This document shows positions 26,481-39,730 of a stretch of 64,000 nt of DNA, piece by piece (position 1 is the first letter of the stretch; each line of letters begins with the position of its first letter). Made by a program: the position numbers and the translations under genes. The notes under the pieces were generated by a model. It was not told the DNA's origin, did no database searches, and saw only the letters and a program-made list of their open reading frames with translations. Source of the stretch: Octopus bimaculoides (lineage: Eukaryota); the NCBI RefSeq assembly GCF_001194135.2, contig NC_068994.1, positions 16,783,551-16,847,550 of the forward strand, given 5' to 3'.

Positions 26481-28252
26481 TCTCTCTCTCTCTCAAAAAA
26501 AAAAAAACAAAAAAGAATGCTTATTTAAGTCAAGAATAATCTTCTTTGGAAACTGTAGATTGATATTTTCAATAACTTTATCAATGGCAAACTTGTTGAA
26601 TTTTTTAAAAGGTTTTTAATTTTGTTTAAATAAAAGTTGATAAACATTCTAAGTTTTCTTTTAACAAAGTCTATAAACATCCATAAGATTTTTTTTACAT
26701 TTTGGGTATTAAAAATTAGACAACAGAATCTGTGGCATATTTCCTCTGAAAACACATTTCTTTGCAAAAAATTTTTTTTTTTTTTTTTGGTAACCTAAGG
26801 CCAACCTTGATTGAGCACATAGATGTATTGGGACTTCATATAGGTAGTTGACCAACTCACTAGGTATGTAATCCATAGATCTGTAACTCTGGATAATCCA
26901 TATTCAATGGTTAATTGGGGTTGTATTGTGCAGCCTGTATTTCTACTGTAGTTGCTTAACCCCAGCTTTGCCCTGATTGTGTAGCTCTATACTTAGACAT
27001 CTAAGCTAAGATATCATTCATTCAGGACCAATACTTTGTCTTTACTAAGATATACAAGTGTAATTTGAGGGAAATTTGGCTGCTATTTCTAGCAGGTCGG
27101 GCTACCACACGTAAGTTTTCTTGTTGGCTCATCTGTTGTTCTTTAGCCTCCTGTCAGCTGTGATCATGGTCAAAGGTATTTCAGTTAGGATGATCCTGCC
27201 TTTTTAGTGTAAAGTATTCCTAGATATCTCTAACACAATTTTTGTTCTTGAGTTGCAACTATTATTTCCTTTTTGCTTACCCCTAGAAAGTATGGAAAAT
27301 GGCTAATATTTCCTTCAAACTTTGCTTTTGTTACATTTATTCAAGCCCCAAAGAATCCCTCTCAACACATGGCTATGTTCCCCACTACTCCTGCTCATGA
27401 TCAGAGATGCACATATTCTCAGCCACTAAGGGACATGCTCAACTGGTTATGGACAAGCAACTGACAAGCAAATTGAGCAGAATATTTGCTACAATTTTTT
27501 ATTTAGCATCTCAGCACTGAATCTGTCCAAAATGTAATGGAAAATAGGTCAGTTTCAAAACATTGATGTCTAGCTTAGAAAAGCAAGATTTGAAGGGAAT
27601 AGTAGTGATTTCCTTTGATTTCTAGATAGAAGCACCTAAGAAATAACACCTACTGACCAAAGACAAAAATATAAATTTTGTTATAGTGTTATGTAATGTG
27701 TTCTCAATGTGAGAGTTGAAAAAGATTTGGCTTCTATTTCTCGTCCATCTATAGATTTTGTGGCAGGTAACAATATAGGAATTGAAGATGATCTTTCAAT
27801 GTGGCAGCTGTTGCTTTCCTGCACATTGGCTGTTGTTTAAACCTATAATGTCAGACTATGTTACTGAACAACAACAACAAACTGGATTCTAATTTATTTC
27901 CATTAGAACAAATGTTTAATTGCTCAATCGCTATTTTAATTTTCCTCATACTGAGTTAATGGGCTTTCTCTTTCATTACTCTTTATAAGGTAAATTTTTT
28001 ATTTTCCGAGATAACACACCGTTTGGCTTCTGCTTTCTTTATTACAGTATGGTATCAGAAACCTTGGTTGATACACGAAAGAGGTGACTGTACTGATAAC
28101 CCATTCTAATGCTAAGAGTGACGTGTTGACTAAAATTGTTGTGTATGGGATAACAATAGAAGTTAGGTCAGAAGACTTGGTATGGGGTAAATGAGAATGA
28201 ACTCTCTTAGGTGAAATGACTCGATATTAAAACGTAAAAATTTGTCAGTTTC

Positions 28253-28480
28253 TTAACCCTTTTGTTACCATATTTCTGTTGAGATGGCTCTGTTTCTTTC
28301 AATTAATTTTAAATATAACAAAGAATTTAGTGAAATAACTTAGTTATCATTAAGCTAGTGTTAGGAACATAAATTGTGACTAAGTTTTGGTAGAAGGTTT
28401 TAATTCAGAACTTTTGAAAACAAGACATTTGTACTACAGAGCCAGAGGCAGTTTCGGCAGGGTTGGTATTGAAATGGTTA
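28253..28480 (+). mobile_element. piggyBac-type TTAA MITE family 2
   Basis: TTAACCCTTTTGTTACC...GGTATTGAAATGGTTAA; related copies at about 4040-4260 and 20710-20920 (-); terminus resembles the 48249 piggyBac TIR. Confidence 0.72.
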
Positions 28481-30697
28481 AGCAAAAGAGATGATACACT
28501 TCGTGATAGCTGTAGCTATGAAACAATAAATTTAAACTTGTCTCTTGGATCTTTTTGAGAATAACAAGAATTCATTTTCTATCTAAGACTGGCTCTGTAA
28601 ATTAGTCATATAAGTTATTTGCTAGTAAATAACACTGTGTAAAAAAAATTTTTTAATTTTTAATTTTTTTTTTTTTTGTTTTTGGTCAGTAAGTATTATT
28701 TCCTATTTGCTTCCATTTAGAAATCAAAGGAAATGACTACTACTATTCCCTTCAAATTTTGCTTTTGTGACCTGGACATCATTGTTTCGAAACTGACCTA
28801 TTTTCCATTACATTTCAGACAAATTCAGTGCTGAGATGCTGAATAAAAAATATTGTTGTAGCAAATATTCTGCTCAATAGGTTTGCTTGTTGGTTGCATG
28901 ACCTTAACCACTTGAGCATGTCCCTTAATGGCTGACAATATGTGCATCTCTGATCATAAGCAGGAATGGTGAGCATCATGGCCATGTGTTGAGAGGGTTT
29001 CTTTGGAGTTTGAATAAATATTGTAGCAAAAGCAAATTTTGAACGAAATATTAGCCATTTGCCATACTTTCTAGGGGTAAGCAAATAGGAAATAACAGTT
29101 GCTACCCCAGGACAAAAGTTGTTACACACTATAGTGCTTTAAAAATGATAGATTTGATTTATTACAAATATAAATGCAGATCAAAGATGAAATCTTCATT
29201 GTTTTAATGTCCATTTTTCCCTACTTACATGGGTCGCCAGAGATGAATTTTCTATGGCTAGATGCCCTTCTTGTCACCAACCTTCACTTGTTTCCAAGTA
29301 AAGTAATATTTCCCCATGATCAGCCATGTCTCAGAAGATTGGAAACAAAAGACACTGCTTGTGTAATCGTGGCACTAACTACTGTTATGCGATATCAAGG
29401 CAAGGAGACAGTAACATATGCACACACATACAAACATGCACACATACAAATGCATGCATACATTCATATACATACGCATGCACACACTTATTAATAATGT
29501 CTAAAGAGTTAGAATCACGTCTGGGTATCTGATAGGGGGAAGCACTGGGTAGATATAGTATTTTGACGCCTTTTACCATAAGAGATTTTTTTCTCCACAG
29601 TAACTGCAATGAATTTGCCTTTTAGAAGTTGAAATATGTCACACTCCTCTAAAGTTCACTTATATATGATAGGCTTCTTTCAGTTTTCGTCTACCAAATT
29701 CACTTGGACACTTACCCAAGGTTCCATGCAGCGGGACGGAACCTGAAACTTTGTGATTGGAAAGCTATCTTCTTACCACACAGTCACAACAATTAAATAT
29801 TTAAGCTATATTTTGCTTATATTTCCTGAAAAGTGTTGAGAATAGGAGCAGGTTTGAGAGAGAATTGTATTGTATATTTTTTCTTTTTCTTTTTTGTTAC
29901 ATAAGCATTTAATCTTTCTCTGGTCCTATCTAATATGTCTAAAAGTGATAAGTACATATTTCCTAATGTCAATGATAATTATTCAATGCTGGTAACCCTT
30001 TTTTTCTCTCTTTACCTCTAGCCATTCTTTGTGCTTTTTATTCTACTGTTTTCATCTAAAACTGATCATCCATTTCTTTTATTTTAGCTTACTTAGGTCA
30101 GATGTATGATTAACCTAGTTTCACATTAGAAACAATTTAAAAGAAAGTTTACTCAGTCTCTGGTTTACAAATTCTCTCTTACAATCTTTTGCTCTTCTCT
30201 GAAAACTTACATTATCATTTTATTGTCTTCTTTCCCCCTTCTGCCCCTCCCCCTGCCATGTTTCTCTTACATTTACAAGACTAGTTTAGCTTTCGAAATT
30301 ATTGTAAGGCAACATCTCAAGTTTGTCAGTTATTGTTATCAATGATAATATTTTCAATGTGGCTCTTGAATTAACAGATAACCCAATATCACTTTATTTT
30401 TTTTTTTTTTTTTTCAGGAAATAAACAGTAGTTGTGCTTTTCATTTTTGTTTATATTTATTCTTTATGAAAATAAGCTTCAGTTTCTAATAAGTAACAAC
30501 AAAACAATTCAGTTGATTCCCTGGAAATTTTCTTAGCTTCTGTGGTATTCTCCTTCTGCTTCTGTTTTTTATTTCTTACATTGTTAGAATTGTTGTTAAG
30601 CACCAGGCCATGATTGATGATCATTTTATGTATATCTATAACTACATATATTTGTTTTGCAAGATTTTTTATGTGAAATCGTGTGTTGAAACAGATG

Positions 30698-31019
30698 TTG
30701 TTGTACTTGGGGATGGTCATATTGCCAGTTTAGCCAATAAAAACACACTCACTGTATATTTGGTGTTAATTTGCTTCAGCTTTACATTACATTACATTAA
30801 TCCTATTTCGGCCTATCAAAATGGCTGATAGTCAGCAAGGTGGGACACACATAAGAAAGAAAGCAAAGGACCACTGATGAGGTCACAGAAGTGTGACGAA
30901 AGAACTCTAGCCGAAATAGGATTAATGTAATATAAAGCTGAAGCAAATTAACACCAAATATACAGTGCGTGTGTTTTTATTGGCTAAACTGGCAATATGA
31001 CCATCCCCAAGTACAACAA
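30698..31019. mobile_element. Foldback element: about 110-bp inverted arms around a 97-bp spacer containing a hammerhead core
   Basis: 30698-30812 is the reverse complement of 30910-31019 with a few substitutions and a TTACA duplication. Confidence 0.8.
30868..30912 (+). ncRNA. Minimal type-I hammerhead core, stem I partly eroded
   Basis: GGACCA-CTGATGA-G-GTCAC(AGAAGT)GTGAC-GAAA-GAAC-T-C-TAGCC. Core and stem II are perfect, stem III is AG(AA)CT, triplet CUC; stem I has 3 of 5 pairs. Confidence 0.6.
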
Positions 31020-31465
31020 TATAACTGCATAGTCCAATGTCTTTGTTTTGTTTTGTTTTTTTAAAAACTCTTTTCGCACCAACCTGCCTCAAGTTGCCCC
31101 TGCTTCCATGATACAAACTTCCTGTTTTAAATTCATCAAAATTAAAACCTTTCATCAAAATTTCTTGTTACTTTGTGTCATTACTCTTTCTGCCTGGATC
31201 CCCAAGAACGACATACTGAGACTATCTTTTTTTGTCTTTTACTTGTTTCAGTTATTGCGGCCATGCTGAGGTACCACTTTGAAAAAAACATATCAGGGAA
31301 ACTGCCTGCACAACTTACCCCTTTTACATTTATCAACCCTACTTACAAAATGAAACGTCTTGTCCCCGCCTACTTAACTACATAGGTTTTGGTGTGCCCT
31401 GATCGGTTGGTGACCTCTTGACTCTGTATAAATTTCTATTGAATAATATATTCAAACCTACTCAT

Positions 31466-31498
<33 letters not shown>

Positions 31499-31905
31499 TT
31501 ATCGAAACCTCATCCAAACATTCTACCCCTAAATCTCCTGTGACATTCTAATCACATCTGTAGTAGCAGACCATACCTCTCAATCTGAGAAAAAGAAGCA
31601 GCTCAGCATGGAGAGGTTCCCTGATCTCTGAGCTATGCACCCTGTCAAGAAATGCTAGCAAATCTTTCAGAGGAACCCCATTTCAGCCACATGTTTGTGT
31701 ATTGCACTACTTCACACAAATGGATTAAATGTCCTGAGAATGAACTTTCTGCAGTCCCTGTAACAGGATTTTGAGTTACCAATTTATCAGCGAGTAGCTT
31801 GTTTGTCCCACTGTAACTAAAGCCTGCAAATTGAACTAAATATAAGTAATATTGTGTGAAAAAGAAAAAAAAAACTCATTTTGTTTTTCTTTAAAAACTT
31901 GAAAA

Positions 31906-32245
31906 TGAAAATCATTGCAGCATGGAAGGTGTTTATAAGCCATTTAAAAACACAAAAGCCATTAGCTTCACTTCAACATTTAAATTTAATTTGTCAAAAT
32001 ATTTTCACTTTGAATCTGCAACCTGTTCACTGACAAAATTCCATGCAGATGCAGCACGGAATTTTGTCAGTGAACAGGTTGCAGTCTCAAAGCAACTAAA
32101 ATATTTTGACAAATTTAAGTATTGAAGTGAAGCTAATGGTATTTGGGTGTTTTTAAATGGCTTATAAACACCTTCCATGCTGCAATGATTTTTGTTTCAG
32201 CACACGATCTCAGATCAGGTCACTTGCTATGCAAGTACATCTCCA
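31906..32245. mobile_element. Near-perfect 285-bp palindromic foldback (inverted pLTR-like) with variant hammerhead in each arm, plus a unique 50-bp flank
   Basis: 31906-32042 pairs with 32058-32192 around a loop of about 15 nt; 32193-32245 extends the right arm only. Confidence 0.8.
32062..32113 (+). ncRNA. Hammerhead-like motif with G3:C8 core (GTGAACA); mirror copy on minus strand at 31990-32039
   Basis: + arm: TTTGTCA-GTGAACA-G-GTTGC(AGTCTCAAA)GCAAC-TAAA-ATAT-T-T-TGACAAA (G12>T). Minus arm: TTTGTCA-GTGAACA-G-GTTGC(AGATTCAAA)GT-GAAA-ATAT-T-T-TGACAAA (stem II deletion). The two lesions are complementary. Confidence 0.55.
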
Positions 32246-32314
32246 TAATTTGAAAGTGAAATATTTGATTATGTGCTTAATAAATTTACCAATTATTTAG
32301 GTCATTATTGGATC

Positions 32315-32645
32315 TTTTATCTTTTGTTTCAGTCATTTGACTGTGGTCATGCTGAAGATTTTTAGCTGAACAAATTGACTTATTCTATTGGTCCCTTTTG
32401 CTGAACTGCTAAGTTAGAGGATATAAACACACCAACACTGGTTGTCAAGCAGTTGTGGTAGGAGAGACAAACACACACACACACACACACACATAATAAA
32501 AAACAGGATTCTTTCAGTTTTCACCTACCAAATCCACTCACAAGGCTTTGGTCAGCCCAAGGCTATAGAAGACATGTGTTCAGGGTGCCACACAATAGGA
32601 CTGAACATGGAACCATATGGTTCGGGAGCAAGCTTCTTACCATGT
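32315..32645 (-). mobile_element. SINE family A
   Basis: Reverse-oriented near full-length copy. Confidence 0.82.
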
Positions 32646-35600
32646 GTATGGTCATTAAAAATAAAACAAACAGTCCTATTTGTATGTTTCAAATGAGGAA
32701 GATTATCATTTTAATGCCCATTTCTCCATGTTTGCATGGGCCAGACAGAATTTAATGAAGTGGATTTTCTACAGCCAGGCACTCTTCTGGTTGCCAACCC
32801 TCACCTGTTCCATGTATGTTAATATTTTCTTATGACCAGACATATTTTCACGGGAGATTGGAAACAAAGGACACTGCTTGCATAACCGTGACATTCATTT
32901 ACGACTGTCACATGAAGTCAAGGCAGGGAAACACTAGCACACACATACAATGAACTTCTTTCAGTGTCCATCTACCAAATCCACCCATATGGCTTTCGTC
33001 GGCCCAGGGCTATACCAGAAAACACTTGCCCAAGGTGCCATACAGTGGGACTGAACCTGAAACCTTGTGGTTGGGTAATAAACTTCTTACCACTAAGTCA
33101 ACCATGCTTGTACCTATAAATTGAAATTTGAAGGATCCTGCCGTCAACAGGATTAGTGAATGCAAACATGAAATTAGATATTTTATGACACCTGATTTGA
33201 TGTTTCCATTTTCTGTCAACCTTATGACATTATTAGCAGTAATTCAAACACTTATGTTCCTGTCCTTAGAAGAAAAAAGAACAAAAAACATACTGGTTTC
33301 ATATTTGGTTAAAAAAAAAAATTTTTTTAATCAGTATTTATTACCTGGAAGTCCTTAGAGTGAATCGGAAAGAAAACGTATTTGATTTAGGAGATGTGAG
33401 ATCTTTTGTTTTGTTTTTTAATTTAGCCCCTCCCCACTCCACCTTCATTTACTTTAAGACTTTGCAGAGCTAGTTTTTTAACATCTAACCCTCAGGTTCT
33501 GTAATATTTAGTAGAGATTTAAAAAAACAATCTCTCCCTTTCTGAAACGTCAGATACTATTGCAGGTACCATTTCCCAGTAATTCTGGCATTAGGATGAA
33601 ATGAGGCCATTTTAACCCAGAGACAAACAAAATGTCTATGAGGGATTTGAACTTGTGACCTAAGAGAAATCCAATATCCTATTCTGTCAGTCTTTTCACT
33701 TAGAAAATGTTTGCCATTATCCACTTTATTTCCTCAATAATGTTAATATTTTATACACACCCCTAGCACAGTCAGTCACTTTGTATTTTTGGGTTTTTTT
33801 TCCTCCCTGTGTTCATAAATACACTTGTCTTCATAATCATAGTTGCATATTATTTGCACATTTTTTCTTCTCAACCAAATTCCATTTATCTCGGCTATAT
33901 ATGGAAACTAGAGTGAAATAATATGGTTTTGGATAAATGCAAATAACATCTGTAGTCTGCTTTTTTTTTTTTTTGCACTTGTCTGAAAATATGAGTGTAA
34001 CTGTGTAGTTTCTTTGCTATCTTCCCTTACTTTTTTGTTTGTGTTTGTTTATTTAATGTAAATTACATTTAACAGACAATGGTGTGTGGCTTCAAATTTG
34101 GGAGACTTGAAATATTAATAGCCTTCTAGCTACATGTGTATGTGTACACATACATAAACTGTTATGCATGTACATGTTCACTCTTCTGTAATCTTACATA
34201 CTTTCTACCTGACAGATATATTTACTTTTGTTTACACACACATTGTTATAATAAGCCAATATACATATATAAGCCCCAAGCTTTATGGTGTATTCCAAAG
34301 AATGTTCTTCCACTTCAAATAGATAACCAAATTCTGTAAGTCACAACTCCACAGAGTTTTTAAGTGGTTATGCATTTGTACAGGTGAATATACAGCCTAC
34401 AATAATTAGGGAAAGTTATTTATCCTCACTGACTGTGAGGTATTTTGTATACATGTGTAGTTTAACCCTTTAGGATTTAAACCAGCTATATCCAGCTAAA
34501 ATATTCAACCTGTTTTTTGTTCTAACTGGCCAGATTTGGCCTGTCATACCTTACAAACTAAGCAATTGCATCGTTGAAATCTTGGAGCTGAGATAACGCA
34601 TAATTAATTCAAAATTATTGTGAATAAATAAGCATTGATTTTGAGAGAGTAATCTGAACGTGAAAGGCCAGTGGTGGTGGATTACCTAAAGATCACATCT
34701 GATTGAGCATATTTATGATCAAAGGTATTTCAGCCCTAACTCTCTTATCTTTTTTAAGACTGTAAAGTATGATTTGAGGGAAATTTGATTATTTTTAGCA
34801 GGTTGAGCAATCGTAGCGGATCCCTTTATTTGAGCTCTATATTCTTGAGTAGTTAGAAGATAGTGTTCTTTAAACTAACACATATCTAATAACTCGTATA
34901 TTTTGGTATTAAACTCTCAAGTCTCCATTGCTTTTAGGCGACAACCATACGCAGCAGCATCCTTTTACCATTTTATCATATTCAAAACCACCAAAAGTAA
35001 CAATCATGATGAAAGTTGATATAGCATGTTTTGAGAGTTTTTTTTTTTTTTTTATGTGAGGATGTGTTTGGTGCAGATGCAGCTGTGTGGTAAGCTTGCT
35101 TCCCAGCCACATGGTTTCAGGTTCAGTCCCAATGCATGGCACCTTGGGCAAATGTCTTTTACTATAGCCTTGGGCTGACCAAAACCTTGTGAGTGTGTTT
35201 GATAGACAGAAACTGAAAGAATCCTGTTGTATATATGTATATCTACATATATAATTCTGTGTACAGAAATGTATGGAAAAAGCTCTTCTACACATGGCGT
35301 GTATACAGTCCTCCTGAAAGAGAGAACAGAAGAATTGTCTAAATGAATGCATATAGTTCTTGAGATGATAGAAAATTTGCAGAGTTTCGGCTGCAAAATT
35401 TTTTAAGTGTTTCTATCAACAGAATCTATTTAGATGAACATGTGCATATATTTGTATGAGGAGTGGAGCAGGACTTCCATTTGGCTTGGTGTATATAGAC
35501 GCACTAAAGGAGAAATAAGTCAAATCTTTTAAGTATATGGATTCATAAGTTTCTTTTCATTGTTTAATACGAAAGATTTCCTTAGGTACATTGGTTTGAC

Positions 35601-36825
35601 TTATTGGAACTAGTTTTAATCACAGCTTTTGTTGGGCTCTAACTCTGAATGCTTGCTAGCAATGTATATTTTATGGAATACTTTGAAATTAATAAGTTTT
35701 TTTTATTATATAAAATTGAACTGAGAGTGGGGATACTGAACTAAGCATTCTTGTGACCCCTACATTTGATACCCCTGTGATAGGGTACAGGTCACCAGAA
35801 CCCAGCCAAAAAGGCAAGCATGGTCTGAAAATATTAGACTGAATAACTTCATTGGAGATAGTAAATGACACAGAATGAAGGCAGGTGAAGTTATACTATA
35901 TTGCAAATCTATTTAACCCAGGCTAATATGATGTGAATATTTGTTTCAAATTTTGGCACAAGGCCAGAAAGTTTGGGTGAGGGGGGGGGGGGGGGTAAAC
36001 CAGTTGTATCAACCCCAGTGCTCAACTGGTACTTACTTTATCGACCTCAACAGGATGAAAGGTAATCTTGGCAACATTTGAACTCGAAATGTAAAGATGG
36101 ACAAAATGCTTAGTGGCATGTTAACAATTCTGCTAGCTCCCTAACTTAATTTGATGTGAATATTAAAGTGATAATGATAGCTATATTATGAATGGTGTTA
36201 ATCTAAGCTGAAATTGTGATTGTGTGTATCCAAATTCTGTTCCAGTTCTGTATCTATTGTTAAAGCAGAACCAAACAACAAATGCATTTACATTTTTTTA
36301 GTGTTTTTGTGTGAATATACAACAATACCAACCTGAAAGTTGACAGGTGTGATATCACACACACACACACACGCGCACACACACACACACACGCACACGC
36401 ACACACGCACACACACACACACACACAGAATGGTTGAAGCAGGTTACACCACTATCTCTTTACTAACTTGTGAACACAACATACTTTTTATTCCTTTCGG
36501 TTGCTACTTATTCTTTATTTTACTTGTTAGAAATGTTGATGCAAAATGAATTTTGTCAAGTTGCCAAACTGGAATACATGTATATTTGTAACTTAACTGA
36601 TCTGGGGCTTTTTTTTTTTACAATATTTTTTCTCCATGACTTGTTTAAGGTAGATGGAGATGGGCTGCTCAGTTCTGAGCTTTCTATCAATCTCCACTCT
36701 CCTCTTTTCTCAGCTATCGACACTGTATAACTAATGACTTTCTCGTATCTTCAGATATTTGCATGTTTCACTGGAGAGATGATTTATGCTACCAGTGCCT
36801 ATATATTATTCTGCTTGTCACAGTA

Positions 36826-37160
36826 TCATCATCGTTTAACGTCCGCTTTCCATGCTAGCATGGGTTGGACGATTTGACTGAGGACTGGTGAACCAGGTGG
36901 CTACACCAGGCTCCAATCTGATTTGGCAGAGTTTCTACAGCTGGATGCCCTTCCTAACGCCAACCACTCCGAGAGTGTAGTGGGTGCTTTTACGTGCCAC
37001 CGGCATGAAGGCCAGTCAGGCGGTACTGGCAACGGCCACGCTTGAAATGGTACTATTTATGTGCCACTGGCATGGAAGCCAGACAGCTGCTCTGGCAATG
37101 ATCACACTCGGACGGTGCTTTTAGTGCTCCACTGCTACAGGTGCCATCACGATTTCACTT
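36826..37160 (-). mobile_element. Retroposon family B
   Basis: Reverse-oriented, CpG-retaining copy. Confidence 0.88.
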
Positions 37161-37579
37161 TCGTATGTGTTTGTATATTATACTCATCCCTGACTAAGGG
37201 TCTGTCAGCAGGGCAAATGCCTCAGGATCTTTGAATGTTCATAAAAAAAGAAAATCAAAATTAATATATTAGCTTAGTCTTGATCCTTACCTTCCAGACT
37301 TGTTTTAAGGCTTCTCAAATAATAAAATTTGTTTCAATGTATTAAAAAATCAAATGGTTTGTACAAAAAAATTGCTCCTTCATCTTATTCAAACCAACCA
37401 TATCCAGCCCAAATATTCTGTTTTATGTTCAAACCAGCCAGATCCAGCCTCTCGCACCTCCCCTACAATGTCATTCTAAAAATAAACAATCTCATCATTG
37501 AAATCTTGAAGCTATGAGACAATGCATGGTTAATTTAAAACAATGTGATGGAGTAATCTGAATGCAAATGGGTTAAACA

Positions 37580-37815
37580 TATATGCAAAAATGACACCTG
37601 TTGGGCAATTGCTTGGAAAAAGTATGGTGAATTGGAAGATGGACCTGACAGCATACGGAAGAAGTTTAGGGACAGTAGAAATCAGGAGTGCATCTTCCAA
37701 GGGGACTGCCTGTCCCCACTGACCTTTGTACTGTGCTTGATAACACTGATTCTGAGGAAAGCAAAAGCTGGGTATGTATTCAAAAGCCACCAACAAAAAG
37801 TCAACCATTTGTTAT
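37580..37815 (+). mobile_element. Non-LTR RT fragment, R4/Dong-like
   Basis: ORF 37632..37838: CIFQGDCLSPLTFVLCL..LILRKAKAGYVF....VNHLLF, RT motifs truncated just before the catalytic DD. Confidence 0.75.
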
Positions 37816-38147
37816 TCCTGGAACAAACGAATAACTAAAATACTAAATGATTAAGCTTTCTGGAACAAAACGGTGGTGGGGAGATTCTGCTTGCTGATAT
37901 GTCAAAAATAACAAATGTCATTGACAACACTGCCAACCACTTGATTAGTATAAAACCGAGCAGTTTGTTGATACCTACCATACAAAAATCATGACCGACA
38001 ACACTCCCAGTCATGGAATTAATTCTAGACCCAAACGGATGATATCAATGATGACCATTCATACCAACTGATGACCTATTACTTAAGCTCCCTTATTACT
38101 AACCGTGTGATTAATTAAGTCACCCAATATTTTTAAATACTCTAAAC

Positions 38148-38719
38148 CAGGGGTGAGGGAACTTTTTTTAACCAATTACCCCAAAATATATTTATGCCAA
38201 CATTACCCCCTTGATTTGAAAGGAAGAAAATCCTAGATTCTTTGAATTCAAAAGGTTTATTGAATCTATTTAAATAGAGAATACGATTAGAAATATAAAA
38301 AGTATAAAACGAATGCGAGGAAATAAATTAATATCGCTATTACGAAACAAAAGGTTTTTTCTAGAAACTTTTTCACTTCAGGTTTTGGAGAAATGATGTT
38401 TCATTTTTGTTAAAATTTCATCAAAATTAGGACATTTTGATGCCAGAGCAATTTGGATACAGTTTTTGAGGTCCAATTAATTATTCTTTATTTTTAAGTT
38501 AATTAGAGTGGAATATCCTTGTTCGTAAAGGTAGACTGTTGCAAAAGGCAGAAACTTTTTGACTTTCTCTTTATGCCAGAAGAAAAATTTCTGTCGTAAC
38601 GAGGAACATGTTTTTTTTTTTTTTATATAATTTTACTTATGTCTAACGAGTCCTCATTACTCCCAAGAATTTCATTTTTACCCCACTTGGGGCAATTTAC
38701 CCCTGTTTGCTGACCTCTG
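38148..38719 (-). mobile_element. Non-autonomous hAT (Buster/Charlie) element with transposase C-terminal fragment
   Basis: TIR CAGGGGTGAGGGAAC / GTTTGCTGACCTCTG; TSD-like CTCTAAAC/CTCGAAAT; minus strand reads FLPFATVYLYEQGYSTLINLK...IALASKCPNFDEIL. Confidence 0.8.
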
Positions 38720-39249
38720 CTCGAAATATTAGCATTCTGATTACTCTGTCAAATGTAATGCTTATTTATTCACATTGTTTTGAATTCATCATGCATTATC
38801 TTGTAGCTTCGAGATTTCAATGATGTGATTGTTTATTTTTAGAATGATATTGCAGGGTAGTTATGAGAGACCATATCTGGCTGGTTTGACCATAAAATGG
38901 GTAGAATATTTAAATGCTAAAGGGCTAAACCTGTGGTTTTCAAGCTGACAAATACCAGTTGCTCCAAATATTAGTGAAAATTTTTACTCTTTCCATTTTA
39001 TTAATGAGGATACAAAATTTTATATCTATATAATTCTTTTTTCTTTCCCATGGTGTTTGACAAGTTTAAAAAGTTTTAAGTACAACGTGTGTATTTTAAC
39101 TGAAAGTAAAATGCATACAAAAATATAATGCTGTAATAGCATTACTTATATTTATTGACAAGCTCAAAGATTCTAACCTGAATGTTTGTCAAAACTAGTT
39201 ACATATCACTTTTCACCTGTGGTTGACTATTTCCGTCTTTGAGTAGATA

Positions 39250-39730
39250 AAAATTCACTCCAAAAGCTTTGAAAACTGAATGGTTGAATCATTTTCAAAT
39301 TGACTGCTGGAGTGTCAAATGATGCTGCGAGCAATGTATTGATTTACATTCTGTGACAACATTGATGAATTACAGATGAACTTAACTTTGAGTAATTCTC
39401 CAATAATCTTACATGAGCAAACAACCTTTCAGAATCTGTGCAAGAAGAAATGAAGTACCTTAAGACCATATATACATGAAATATTGGTGAAGGTATGCAG
39501 CCACATCAACTTTTAAATACAATAAAAGTTAAATGACATTTCCCAAATATTCTGCACATAGCCAGTTACAGTACATCTGGTGAGAGATCTTTCAGTAAAC
39601 TAAAGCTCATTAAGTTCTTTAGATTGATGACACAGGAAAGACTAAAGGATCTAATCATACTTAGTTTTGGAAGCAAACTTGTGAGAATTAACTTCAGTGA
39701 AACGAAAGCTTTTTACTGTGCAAATGAGCA
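39250..39730 (+). mobile_element. hAT (Tip100/ZMYM1-like) dimerisation-domain remnant
   Basis: Reads TSGERSFSKLKLIK...MTQERLKDLIILS across frameshifts (ORF 39624..39821). Confidence 0.75.
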
